Source: Octopus sinensis
Taxonomy: Eukaryota
Reading direction: 5' to 3'
NCBI RefSeq assembly: GCF_006345805.1
Contig: NC_043007.1
Coordinates: forward strand, 25,916,001 to 25,980,000
DNA: 64,000 bases
Below the pieces are notes generated by a model, which was given only the letters and a program-made list of their open reading frames with translations, was not told where the DNA came from and did not search any database. Positions within the stretch are counted from its first letter, which is position 1. The number at the start of each line of letters is the position of its first letter. This document shows positions 25,182 through 36,016 of this stretch, piece after piece. A program made the position numbers and the translations under genes.

Positions 25182-25979
25182 AACACACACACACAGAAGA
25201 TGCTAGTTTATGTAAAAAGTTCATGATATTCTCTAAAGAACATGACCATTGACAGTATGCATTCAATGGCAGCACCACCACCAACAACAACAACAATAAC
25301 AAAAACACCAATATTGACTTGTTTCCTTCTTGTATCTTCCCCTTTCTACATTTCCTACTTTCACTATCTTATGTTACAATATATCAAATATTGTGTCACC
25401 AGCTTGCCCACTATCTTATGATTCTGTTACTCTTTTACTGGTTTCAGTTAACAGAGTGCAGTAATTCAGGGCCAGTCCACAACCTTCAAGGTTATAGTTG
25501 GTCAATAAAATCAATCCTAATATTTTATTCAGTACATATTTCCTTAAACTTAAAGGGTGAATGTTGAAGTCAACTGGACATAAACAAGATTTTAAGCAAG
25601 ACAGATAGAGACACTTCTACGTACTTTTGTTTGAGGGCTCAATTTTCTTTCATCTAATGGCAATACAGTTGCAGATACACATGCACACACACACACACAC
25701 ACACACGTACACACATGCGCACACAATCACACATACAGTCTGACGAGGGCAGTCATCCTGAGACTTCAAATCACTGCCAGCCCTTCGTCTTGTAAATGTT
25801 TGATCAACATGTACTCTACTAAAAAGTACTGAGTAATCTTTCATCTTAAAGTTAAATTGTTTTTATACGTAACTTGGCATAAAAACAATCATTAATACAC
25901 ACATACATACATACATACATACATACATACATCTGTGAGTACAGCACTGAATGTAGTATATGGGTAGATGTCTATCAGT

Positions 25980-27060
25980 GCTCAGTTCTGTGTCCTCTTC
26001 TATTTACCACAGTCCTCAAAACCACATGAAAGGAATTTAAGACAAGCTCCCTGTGAGGATACCAGTTTACCAATAATTTAGTTCTCAGAGATGAACATGT
26101 TGTCACCAAGGTCGACTTTGTCTTTCATCCTTTCAGGGTCAATTAAATAAGTACCAGTTATGCACTGAAGTCGATATAATCGACTTAATCCATTTGTCTG
26201 TCCTTGTTTGTCCCTTCTGTGTTTAGCCCCTTGTGGGTAGTAAAGAAATAGGTATTTCTTCTGCTACTACGTTCCGAGTTCAAATTCTGCCGAGGTCGAC
26301 TTTGCCTTTCACCCTTTCGGGGTCAATTAAATAAGTACCAGTTATGCACTGAAGTCGATATAATCGACTTAATCCATTTGTCTGCCCTTGTCTGTACCCT
26401 CTGTGTTTAGCCCCTTGTGGGTAGTAAAGAAATAGGTATTTCTTCTGCCGCTACGTACCAAGTTCAAATTCCGCCGAGGTCGACTTTGCCTTTCATCCTT
26501 TCGGGGGTCGATTAAATAAGTACCAGTCACGCACTGGGGTCGATATAATCAACTTAATCCATTTGTCTGTCCTTGTTTGTCCTCTCTGTGTGTAGCCCCT
26601 TGTGGGCAATAAAGAAATAAGAATTATAGAAGAAATTCCAGATCTGTAAGTAAAACCTAGAAACAAGAAACTTCAAAGTTGGCAAAGACTAAAATATTGA
26701 TGAATAGGAAAGTAGACAAGACTATATACTATCTTCAGGGAAATGGCCCTGCTTGATGTGCAGGAAAGAAATAGGTAATAATCCTTTACCCCATGTAAAG
26801 TATGGTCACACAAAAGGTGCAGTGGAATCATAGACAGGCTAACAGAGAAGGCAGACTATGTATACAGCTGAAGCACAGGAGTAATAAACACAAAGAGTAC
26901 TTGGGAAATAGATTCTTTCAAATGCCTAGAAGGCATCTTAGTTGTAGTTGAAAGCTTTTATTACTTCTGTGACCTAATTAGCAGTGGTTATTGGAGTTCC
27001 AAAATTATAGTAGCCAGAGTAAGAACCAGGAAGCTATTAGAGCATCCGATAACAAAGAAC
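25980..27060 (+). pseudogene. Decayed RTE LINE RT fragment split by a SINE C trimer
   Basis: LLFTTVLKTT*KEFKTS upstream and KVGKD/GKWPC...HKRCSGI downstream, homologous to 31340-31870. Confidence 0.7.
26108..26620 (+). mobile_element. SINE family C, three tandem body units (headless)
   Basis: About 184-bp period; junction AAAGAAATA|GGTATTTC. Confidence 0.85.
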
Positions 27061-27122
27061 TTTTTTCTTTAAGTGAAAAGCAGTTTGTTTGATGCTTGTG
27101 TATGAATGGTGATGCTGCATAT

Positions 27123-27700
27123 TCATCATCATCATCATTGTTTAACGTCCGCTTTCCATGCTAGCATGGGTTGGACGAATGACTGAGGGCTGGCAAACCA
27201 GATAGTTGCACCAGGCTTCAATCTTGATCTGGCAGAGTTTCTACAGCTGGATGCCCTTCCTAACGCCAACCACTCCAAGAGAGTAGTGAGTGCTTTTACG
27301 TGCCACCGGTACGTGGCCAGTCAGGCAGTACTGGCAATGACCTCGCTCGAATCTTTTACACATGCCACCGGCACAGGTGCCAGTAAGGCGATGCTGGTAA
27401 AAATCACGCTCGGATGGTGTCTTTTATGTGCCACCGGCACGGAGGCCAGATAGCTGCTCTGGCAATGATCATGCTCGGATGGTGCTCTTAATACCCTACT
27501 AGCACGGGGCTCAAGTGCCAGCAAGGTGACGCTGGTAACGATCATGCTCGAATGGTGCCTTTTAAGTGCCACTGGCATGGAAGCCGGTTAGCCACTCTGT
27601 CAATGATCACACTCGTATGGTGCTCTTTGCACCTCGCTAGCACGGACGCCAGTCATCAAATTTGATTTTGATTTGATTTCACTTGCCTCAACAGGTCTTC
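27123..27700 (-). mobile_element. RTE 3'-end element (family B), long
   Basis: Family B tail plus internal repeat modules. Confidence 0.8.
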
Positions 27701-27759
27701 GTAAGCAGGGTTTTAGTGAGATATAATTGGCCTTGAATGCAGGGGATTTGCAAAGATGA

Positions 27760-28010
27760 GAAAGAAATGAAGTGTGGGTACTCAGGCGAATGTGTAACAC
27801 TTAGTAGATATGGATGACAGAATACAAATGAGTTGACAGAAAAACTGGATGTAAAAGGAATCAAATGTAATGCATAAGGGTAAAGACTGTGCTGATATGG
27901 ACATGTGATTCCTATGATAGATGATGCATGTATGTAGAGTGCAGGGTTTTCAAAGTGATTGGAACTTGAGGAAGAGAGAGAGAGAGGAAAAGAAATAGCG
28001 GAGGGAGAAA
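27760..28010 (+). pseudogene. Highly decayed RTE ORF2 fragment
   Basis: LTEKLDVKGIKCN...RLC*YGHVI, homologous to 20560-20650. Confidence 0.55.
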
Positions 28011-28134
28011 GACCCAGTATTTTATGAGATGAAATGAAGACTGATTTCAGGATGCTGCTCCTCACACAGGAAATTACAAAGGATCAAGATGATTGGTGAA
28101 ATGCAAGGCTGGAGAAGACCCACTCACCTGCATA

Positions 28135-28480
28135 AAAAGGTAAAGGGTAAAGACCCCCTTCGGTCATGAACGACCATGGGATTGCACCTAGAAAATTCCC
28201 CTCCAAGGCACAAGTCCTGGCAAGGTTGTTCATGGAAGACCAGCAGTCACCCATGCATACCAGTCTCCCCTCTCCATGCCACTGATGTTATCCAAGGGAA
28301 AGGCAACGGTTGATAGAGCTTGGCACCAGTGACATTGCAACTCATTGCTACAGCCGAGTGAACTGGAGAAATTTGAAATAGAGTGTCTTGGTCAAGAACA
28401 CAGCACAGCCCGGTCCAGGAAATGAACTCAGTACCTCATGATTGTGAGCTTGATGCTCTAACCATTGAGCCATGCACCTT
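28135..28480 (-). mobile_element. tRNA-headed SINE (E-like head, CCTTTA-type tail)
   Basis: Minus head GGTGCATGGCTCAATGGTTAGAGC; tail GGGGGTCTTTACCCTTTACC; tail fragment also at 18880-18915. Confidence 0.7.
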
Positions 28481-28544
28481 CATATCTACTCACCCATGTA
28501 AGCAAGGTGAAATGAGTGTTAAAAAGTTATGGTAATAACAGAGA

Positions 28545-28765
28545 CTGAGACATGTTAGTGCGCTGGGCAAAATGCTTTGTGGTATTTCGTCTGTCGTTAC
28601 GTTCTGAGTTCAAATTCCACCGAGGTCAACTTTGCCTTTCATCATTTTGGGGTCGATAAATAAAGTACCAGTTTTGCACTGGGGTCGATGTAATCGACTT
28701 AATCCCTTTGTCTGTCCTTGTTTGTCCTCTCTATGTTTGTCCCCTTGTGGGCAATAAAGAAATAT
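28545..28765 (+). mobile_element. SINE family C, single unit
   Basis: Homology to 18250-18850. Confidence 0.8.
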
Positions 28766-29159
28766 ATATTTGGGTCTGTCACCTGACAGTCCTAGTTAAG
28801 TCTGCACCTGCTGCCTCCCTCGCTTCGTTGAAACCTTCTCATCTCTCCATCAATCATTTTCTTCTTTATCATTTCCTCTATGGCAGTGTACTCTGCTGTT
28901 GGTCTATCTGAGGATGGCAATTGATCTCTCCTATTCCACTCTGCCATACTTCCGTGTAACTAGGGATGACCTGACCTGCCCATCTCTCTGACATTCATTT
29001 CTGCTCTCCTATTCTCCTATTCATCATCTTTCTTCTATGCACTTTACTATGCTGGTGGTCTAACTGAGGATGGCAACTATCTGTTTCCATGGCAACATCT
29101 TTAACATCATTGTCTGTTTCCTGTTTCCAGCTACATTCTTCGAACAAATGCAGCAAACA

Positions 29160-29378
29160 AAAGCATCTTTCACTTGTTTCAGTCATTAGACTGCAGCCAT
29201 GCTGGGGCACAGCCTTGAACTGTTGTTAGTAGAATGAATCAACCCAGGTACTTATATTTTTTCAAAGTTTGGTGCTTATTCTATCAGTCTCTCTTTTGCT
29301 GAACTGCTAAGTGGTGGAGATATAAACACACCAGCACCACTTGTCAAATATAGATAAACAGACACAAAGATACACACA

Positions 29379-29380
<2 letters not shown>
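29160..29380 (-). mobile_element. SINE family A, 3' half, diverged
   Basis: Homology to 250-454. Confidence 0.7.
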
Positions 29381-29426
<46 letters not shown>

Positions 29427-29706
29427 TAAGGGTAGAAATTGATATTTATCAATTAAGACAGTGGTCTAGCATATTAAAAAGAATCCATCAATTTCTACCC
29501 TTAATTAATTTTATATAATAAATATGTTCTCTAACCGATAAATTAACTGCTGCTAATTATTAGCTGCAGGCTAGTTTTCTCGGGTTCCAATGCGCCAAAG
29601 TAAAGGCATTTGAAAGATATATTCAAATGTAATAGGCTGAACTCCATGCACGCGATATTTCGGTATCGTGTTTGCATCTAGTCCAGCAAATTACATTTAT
29701 AACGGA

Positions 29707-29771
29707 CCATGCTGATGATGGCTGCAGTTTTCCTTGCGGAAAATAACAGCTGAAACTAATTTAGTACATGG
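29707..29771 (+). ncRNA. Type I hammerhead ribozyme, copy 1
   Basis: CCATG CTGATGA T GGCTG-ca-GTTTTCC-TTGC-GGAAAAT-aa-CAGCT GAAA, stem III ACTAA-T-TTAGT, A17 (29766), CATGG: 5-bp stem I, extended stem II, GUA triplet. Confidence 0.85.
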
Positions 29772-30211
29772 GTAATTATTTTATTTCGTATATTTTTCAC
29801 TTGTTTATTGCTATGGTTTTGTGTTGAGTTTGATCTGAGAACATAATCTTTTGTGGTGAATGGCGATTTGACGTCTATATCTAGCATGTTGACTGTCCAC
29901 TTTTCGTGTTCAGTCCTTAATTGGTATATATAAATATTTTAATCTTCGGATTCTTTTTTAATATGCTAGACACTGGTCTTAATTGATAAATATCAATTTC
30001 TACCCTTAATTAATTATATAAATAAATATGTTCTCTAACCGATAAATTAACTGCTGCTAATTATTAGCTGCAGGCTAGTTTTCTCGGGTTCCAACGCGCC
30101 AAAGTAAAGGCATTTGAAAGATATATTCAAATGTAATAGGCTGAACTCATGCACGCGATATTTCGGTATATCGTGTTTGCATCTAGTCCAGCAAATTACA
30201 TTTATAACGGA

Positions 30212-30276
30212 CCATGCTGATGATGGCTGCAGTTTTCCTTGCGGAAAATAACAGCTGAAACTAATTTAGTACATGG
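30212..30276 (+). ncRNA. Type I hammerhead ribozyme, copy 2
   Basis: Identical to 29707-29771, 505 nt downstream. Confidence 0.85.
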
Positions 30277-30426
30277 GTAATTATTTTATTTCGTATATTT
30301 TTCACTTGTTATTGCTATGGTTTTGTGTTGAGTTTGATCTGAGAACATAATCTTTTGTGGTGAATGGCGATTTGACGTCTATATCTAGCATGTTGACTGT
30401 CCACTTTTCGTGTTCAGTCCTTAATT

Positions 30427-30474
<48 letters not shown>

Positions 30475-30560
30475 TATATATATTATATATATATATATAG
30501 GATATGTATGTGTGATGTTGCTCCAGCATGGCCACAGTCATTGGACTGAAACATATAAGA

Positions 30561-30608
<48 letters not shown>

Positions 30609-30689
30609 ATATATGTATGATGTATGTATGTATGTATGTATGTATGTATGTACGTATGTATGTATATGAATGGGAGAAGGAGAGTTTAC

Positions 30690-31870
30690 CAAATACCAAA
30701 TATCGAACCAGTTGAGGGACCAACCATCACAGTTAATAACAGCATAATTGATAAGGCAATTAAGGACACAAGACAAGGAAAGCCCTGGGCTATCAGGAAT
30801 TCCTGCCAACATGATTAAAATTTTCGGTGACATAGAATACAGCTTAGTCACCTTTATAGTTAATCAGGTTTTTCAAGAAGGCACCATCCCCAACGACTGG
30901 TATAGAAGTATTATAGTTAGCTGCTATAAGAGTAAAGGTGATGTCTTAGATAGAAACAACTACAGAGGTATTAAACCGCTAGACCAAGTCATGAAAATTA
31001 CTGAGAGGGTTATAGGTCAATTGATTAGAAATAGAATTAAATTAGATGAGATGCAGTTTGGTTTTGTGCCTGGGAAGAGTACCACAGATGACATCTTCCT
31101 CATGAGAGAGCTGCAGGAAATGTATGTGGCCAAAAGTAAACCATTGTACTTAGCCTTTGTTGACCTGGAGAAAGCTTTCAACAGAGTTCCCCGCTCTGTT
31201 ATATGATGGTCTCTAATGAAGTTTGAAGTAGAGGAGTGGTTTGTTAGAACTGTACAAGCCATGTACAGTGGTGTTGAGAGTAAGGTGAGAGTCAGCCATG
31301 TATACAGTGATGAGTTTAGTGTTCAGGTAGGGGTTCACCAGTGCTCAGTTCTCAGCCCACTCTTATTCATTATAGTCCTCCAGGCCATAACAGAGTAATT
31401 CAAAACTGGGTGCTCGTGGGAACTACTATACACTGATGACCTTGCTCTTATTGCAGAATCTTTAGTAGAATTGGAGAAAAAATTCCAGGTATGGAAACAA
31501 AACCTGGAATCAAAGCGCCTTAAAGTTAACCTAGCTAAGACAAAAGTGGTTGTTAGTAAGAAAGAAGATAAAACTTTCTTTCTGTCAGGTAAATGGCCCT
31601 GCTTTTTATGCAGGAAAGGAGTTGGAAGAAATTCCATTTGCTGCACCCAGTGTAAACTATGGATACATAAGAGATGCAGTGGAATCACAGGTAGATTAAC
31701 TGATAGAGTAGTCTTTGTGTGTGACAGATGTGCAGGAAGAATAAGCACTAAGAGCACATAGGAATTAGATTCTCTCAAATGCCCAGGAGGCTCTCTTGAG
31801 GTTGTGGATAGTTTCTGTTAAATAGGTGAGCAAATTAGCAATGGTGGATAATGCTCTGAGGTTTGTATTT
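30690..31870 (+). pseudogene. RTE LINE reverse transcriptase fragment
   Basis: NYRGIKPL...QFGFVPGKSTTDDIF...FVDLEKAFNRVPR...GVHQCSVLSPLLF...LLYTDDL...HKRCSG; several stops. Confidence 0.95.
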
Positions 31871-32460
31871 AAAGAGGTTTAAAGAGATATTCAAAGGTTT
31901 GTATTTAAATACATACCTTTGACTCTGCAACACTGTATATAAATTCTCTACTGGGAATGACCAAGTTTAAAAATCTGCTGGATCTCACTCCTAAGAGAAT
32001 CTTACATTGCTTATAAACTCTATATTTGGAAGGACTCATATTAAACTCTGTTGGACTTTTGGACTTTACTCGTAGGATATTGTAATATTGCATATATACC
32101 ATTTTGCCTATAAAATGGATTTACAACTTCAATACCCATACATATCTTGCATCTATTTTCTTTCCTCCTCATCACTCTCTATTTTGTATCACATCTAAAC
32201 TAACTATGACTTAACTATCATCTCACACTGTCTCCAATAAAGGGATATTATTAATAAATATCCCAGAAACAGCTGTAAGACTTATCTATAAATGCTCTCA
32301 TATCTACACAGCCTTGGTTTTTATATCTTATTACTCAAAAAATTCTTATATACACACACTGACATAGAAGTAACGTTGAACCCTTTATTCGCAATATTAC
32401 TGAATCTGGAACTTAACTATGGTCTGTCTATAGCACTTATTCAGCATTACCTGACACCAT
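31870..32460 (+). mobile_element. Penelope-like element 3' end and pLTR relic
   Basis: Frameshifted RESY...TLYLEGL.LN resembles the GIY-YIG C-terminal RE..I..L.TL.P.GLN motif; followed by a decayed hammerhead at 32230-32281. Confidence 0.5.
32230..32281 (+). ncRNA. Decayed type I hammerhead
   Basis: GTCT CCAATAA (vs CTGATGA) A GGGATATT-loop-AATATCCC A GAAA, palindromic ACAGCTGT, A, AGAC. Confidence 0.5.
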
Positions 32461-32462
32461 TA

Positions 32463-32493
<31 letters not shown>

Positions 32494-33136
32494 CAAGGTG
32501 ATTGAAAAGTAACTCCCTATTTTAAAATACTTATAATTTATTTATTAACTATAATTTTTAGAAAAAAATGAATATATGTTCTATAAAGTGATTGGTTATA
32601 GGAAGGGACTCCATTTATAAAAACCAAGTAAAAAATAAAATGTATAAGGAGTAAGATGTGGTGGTCCTTCGAACCATCTAGGAGAGCAGTAACTTCTAAT
32701 TAAGAACCAACTCTGGTCATCAAGTCTAATCTAATCCATGCAAATGTGAAAGGGTGCTAAATTTTTCTCTTACTTATCACTCCTATTAATTAAGGGAGAG
32801 CCATCAATACTGTCTTTTGTGTTTTTTTTCCCTGTTCTATGTTGAGAATCCTTGCTATTTCACTCCCTCTGATCTAGCAAGTTGCACATTACTTCTACCA
32901 TAATTTTTGGATATGTGACATTTTAGCACAGCTGTTCAGGCACCACCAATTTCACATCACTCATTTGATGCTGACTTATTTGACATCAGACATTTTAATG
33001 TTTCTTTCATTTACTCTCTTTCTCTCTCTCACCCTCACTATCTTCTCCCCTCTCTCTCTCCATCTCTTTCTCCCGTTCTTTCTCCCCTTTTCTCTCTGTC
33101 TCTCTCTGTCTGTCTTTCTGTTTATCTGTCTGTCTA

Positions 33137-33193
<57 letters not shown>

Positions 33194-33285
33194 GGTGTAT
33201 ATTTCTGCACATGCTCTGCTTAAGAGGACCTGTCAAGCCAAGTGCACTCATGCTGAAGGCATGTAAAAAATCAACCTTTACCACA

Positions 33286-33918
33286 GAGGCAAAGTGGCTG
33301 AGTTCCTTTTGAGCATTGAGCCTCATGGAGGCATAGTGATTGAGTTCCTTTCGAGCGTTGGGCCCGACAGAGGCAAGTGGCTGAGTTCCTTTTGAGCATT
33401 GAGCCTCATGGAGGCATAGTGATTGAGTTCCTTTCGAGCGTTGGGCCGACAGAGGCAAAGTGGCTGAGTTCCTTTTGAGCATTGAGCCTCATGGAGGCAT
33501 AGTGATTGAGTTCCTTTCGAGCGTTGGGCCCGACAGAGGCAAAGTGGCTGAGTTCCTTTTGAGCATTGAGCCTCATGGAGGCATAGTGATTGAGTTCCTT
33601 TCGAGCGTTGGGCCCGACAGAGGCAAAGTGGCTGAGTTCCTTTTGAGCATTGAGCCTCATGGAGGCATAGTGATTGAGTTCCTTTCGAGCGTTGGGCCCG
33701 ACAGAGGCAAAGTGGCTGAGTTCCTTTCGAGTATTGGGCCTCACGGAAATGAGGTGGCTGAGTTCCTTTCAAGAGTTGGGCCTGATGGAGGCACAGTGGT
33801 TGAGTTCCTTTCAAGCATTGGGCCTCATGGAGGCAAAGTGGCTGAGTTCCTTTCGAGTGTTGGGCCTGATGGAGGCAAAGTGGCCAAGTTCCTTTTGAGT
33901 GTTGGGCTTCATGGAGGC
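33286..33918 (+). repeat. 42-bp minisatellite (84-bp dimeric higher order), about 15 monomers
   Basis: GGCAAAGTGGCTGAGTTCCTTTTGAGCATTGAGCCTCATGGA alternating with GGCATAGTGATTGAGTTCCTTTCGAGCGTTGGGCCCGACAGA. Confidence 0.95.
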
Positions 33919-34228
33919 AATGACCAAGACCTTTGGCATTATGTTATGCTTGAGAAGAAGACCCATCAAACCAAGCAAAATCGCAGTCATGGCAGATACC
34001 GGTGTCACACAAATGGCACCCATGTCGGTGGTACATAAAAACACCCATTACACTCTTAGAGTGGTTGGAGTTAGGAAGGGCATCCAGCAGTAAAAAACCA
34101 TGCCAAGTCAAACTGGAGCCTGGAATAGCCTTCCAGCCTGGAATAGCCTCCCAGATTATGTTGGACAGTCAAACCGTCCAACCCATGCCAGCATGGACAA
34201 CAGATGTTAAATGATGATGATGATGATT
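33919..34228 (+). mobile_element. RTE ORF terminus plus family B 3' end
   Basis: GACCTTTGGCATTATGTTATGCTTGAGAAG (RTE C-terminus) leading into the family B tail and (TGA)n. Confidence 0.75.
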
Positions 34229-34603
34229 TGACAGAGTAGTCTGAATGCTAAAGGGCCAAGCTGTTATAAGTTGAGACCTGCAGAAAAGACATAAGCAAGG
34301 AGAATATTCCAGGCAGCGAATGTTCTGAAAAGGAAGAAATAGATTTAGTGATCTGTAGGGGCCTGGGTGGGAGGAAGGACATAACAAAGGTAATGAGAAG
34401 TGTTGAGGTAAATGGATTAGGAACAAGTTGTATATTAGCTCTGCTCATCTGAACAAACTGCATGTTACTTCTAACCAGACTCACTCGCTGCATCCTGTTT
34501 CACCAAATCTTGTAACTCATTTGTCTCATTCTCAACCAAGAGAAAGAGGGGAAGACGAAAGAAGAAATGAAAAGGAGTATATATCAGAAAGAAAAAGAGA
34601 GTT

Positions 34604-34639
<36 letters not shown>

Positions 34640-34652
<13 letters not shown>

Positions 34653-34997
34653 AACGGCAGTTTGTCTGTGTGTGTTTCTGTGTGTCTGTTTGCTTGTACC
34701 CTCACCCTGACCATGGCTTTCAACCGATTCTGATGAAACTTGACACACACATAGCCCAATGTCATAATTCAAAACTAACGCAGAGAAAATTTTGAAAAGT
34801 TCCCCCAGTTCTGAAAAAAATCGATAAATTCGACATGGGGTCGAGAATTAGAAACACAAACCACAGACTGTCTAGGGGACGCAACTCGACCGTTTTAACT
34901 CTCAAAAAAAATTTACCATAATTTTTTTTCCATTTTTTTTGGCTATAACTCTCTAAAAATGCTTACAAACCTGAGCAACGCCGGGCGATACTGCTAG
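34640..34997 (+). mobile_element. Non-autonomous Helitron-like element
   Basis: 3' end GAGCAACGCCGGGCGATACTG-CTAG followed by T; 3' half shared with 62999-63397. Confidence 0.7.
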
Positions 34998-35013
34998 TAT
35001 ATATATATATAAT

Positions 35014-35465
35014 CAATAATAAATCTTAGAGCGAGTTATAAACAGTAGCTGCAACACATCGTGACGTATATTTGCTATTTAAATATGGCTAAGCCCTAAG
35101 GATGGATGCTACTATAGTTTGTAGCCCCAGGAGGACACCTCCTCCAGCTGGCTATAGACACACTTTCTGTGCCCTATCAGTATTTGCAAAGGGAAGCCAT
35201 CCTTCCCGTCTTCAACTTATGATACACACGGACTCAAGTTTCTGAGTAATTGACCCGTCATCAGCGTGTGACAATCACAGTTGTCGAGGAAAAGTAGGTT
35301 CCCTTCACAAATACATATCCTTTTTCCAGTATCGTACATACACTGATATCGAAAAAGTGTAAACAAGCAATAATAAATCTTAGAGCGAATTATAAACAGT
35401 AGCTGCAACACATCGTGACGTATATTTGCCATTTAAATATGGCTAACCACTAAGGGTGGATGCTA
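35014..35465 (-). mobile_element. Penelope-pLTR/retrozyme-like unit (354-bp period, 98-bp terminal direct repeats)
   Basis: 35014-35111 repeats at 35368-35465; internal hammerhead on the minus strand. Confidence 0.65.
35225..35270 (-). ncRNA. Minimal type I hammerhead ribozyme
   Basis: Minus strand: CACACG CTGATGA c GGGT-caatt-ACTC a GAAA, stem III ACTTGAGT, C17, CGTGTG; 6-bp stem I, GUC triplet, C-A mismatch closing stem II. Confidence 0.7.
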
Positions 35466-35539
35466 ATATATATATATTGGTAAAAATGGTAAGATAACAA
35501 AAGAAAGAAAGAGACCTCAATATTATGTAAATAGAGGAG

Positions 35540-35929
35540 TGACACTTGTGAAGACCTGTTGAGGCAAGTGAAAATCAAACCAAATCAAAATAGATGAACA
35601 TCAATGGAATTTGTATCTTTGTGGTACCAGTGCCGGTGTCACATAAGAAAACCATCCGAACGTGGCCGTAGCCAGTACCGCATCGACTGGCCTCCGTGCT
35701 GTAGGCATGTAACAAACACCATCCGATTGTGGCCGTTTGCCAGCCTCGTCTGGCACCTGCGTCGGTGGCACATAAAATCACCCACTACACTCTCAGAGTG
35801 GTTGGCGTTAGGAAGGGCATCCAGCTGTAGAAACACTGCCAGATCTGACTGGCCCGGTGCAGCCTTCGGGCTTCCCAGACCCCAGTTGAACCGTCCAACC
35901 CATGCTAGCATGGAAAGCGAACGTTAAAC

Positions 35930-35960
<31 letters not shown>
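35540..35960 (+). mobile_element. RTE 3'-end element (family B)
   Basis: Family B homology, (TGA)n tail. Confidence 0.8.
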
Positions 35961-35962
<2 letters not shown>

Positions 35963-35965
35963 ATA

Positions 35966-36014
<49 letters not shown>

Positions 36015-36016
<2 letters not shown>

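Larger units (their letters stand above)
29420..30436 (+). mobile_element. Penelope-pLTR/retrozyme-like element: 505-bp tandem units plus a 67-bp inverted leader
   Basis: Unit starts at 29487 and 29992; 29420-29486 is the reverse complement of 29948-30015; one hammerhead per unit; no ORF. Confidence 0.75.

Noticed and set aside
25650-25844. Minus-strand exon pair (…DCPRQT|MKEN*)
   Set aside because: The only open frame splices into an immediate stop; it overlaps a possible hammerhead relic on the other strand.
33460-34038. 192-aa repeat protein as a gene
   Set aside because: Arises from a 42-bp RTE-derived minisatellite open on both strands; no start context or expression evidence. Kept only as a finding.
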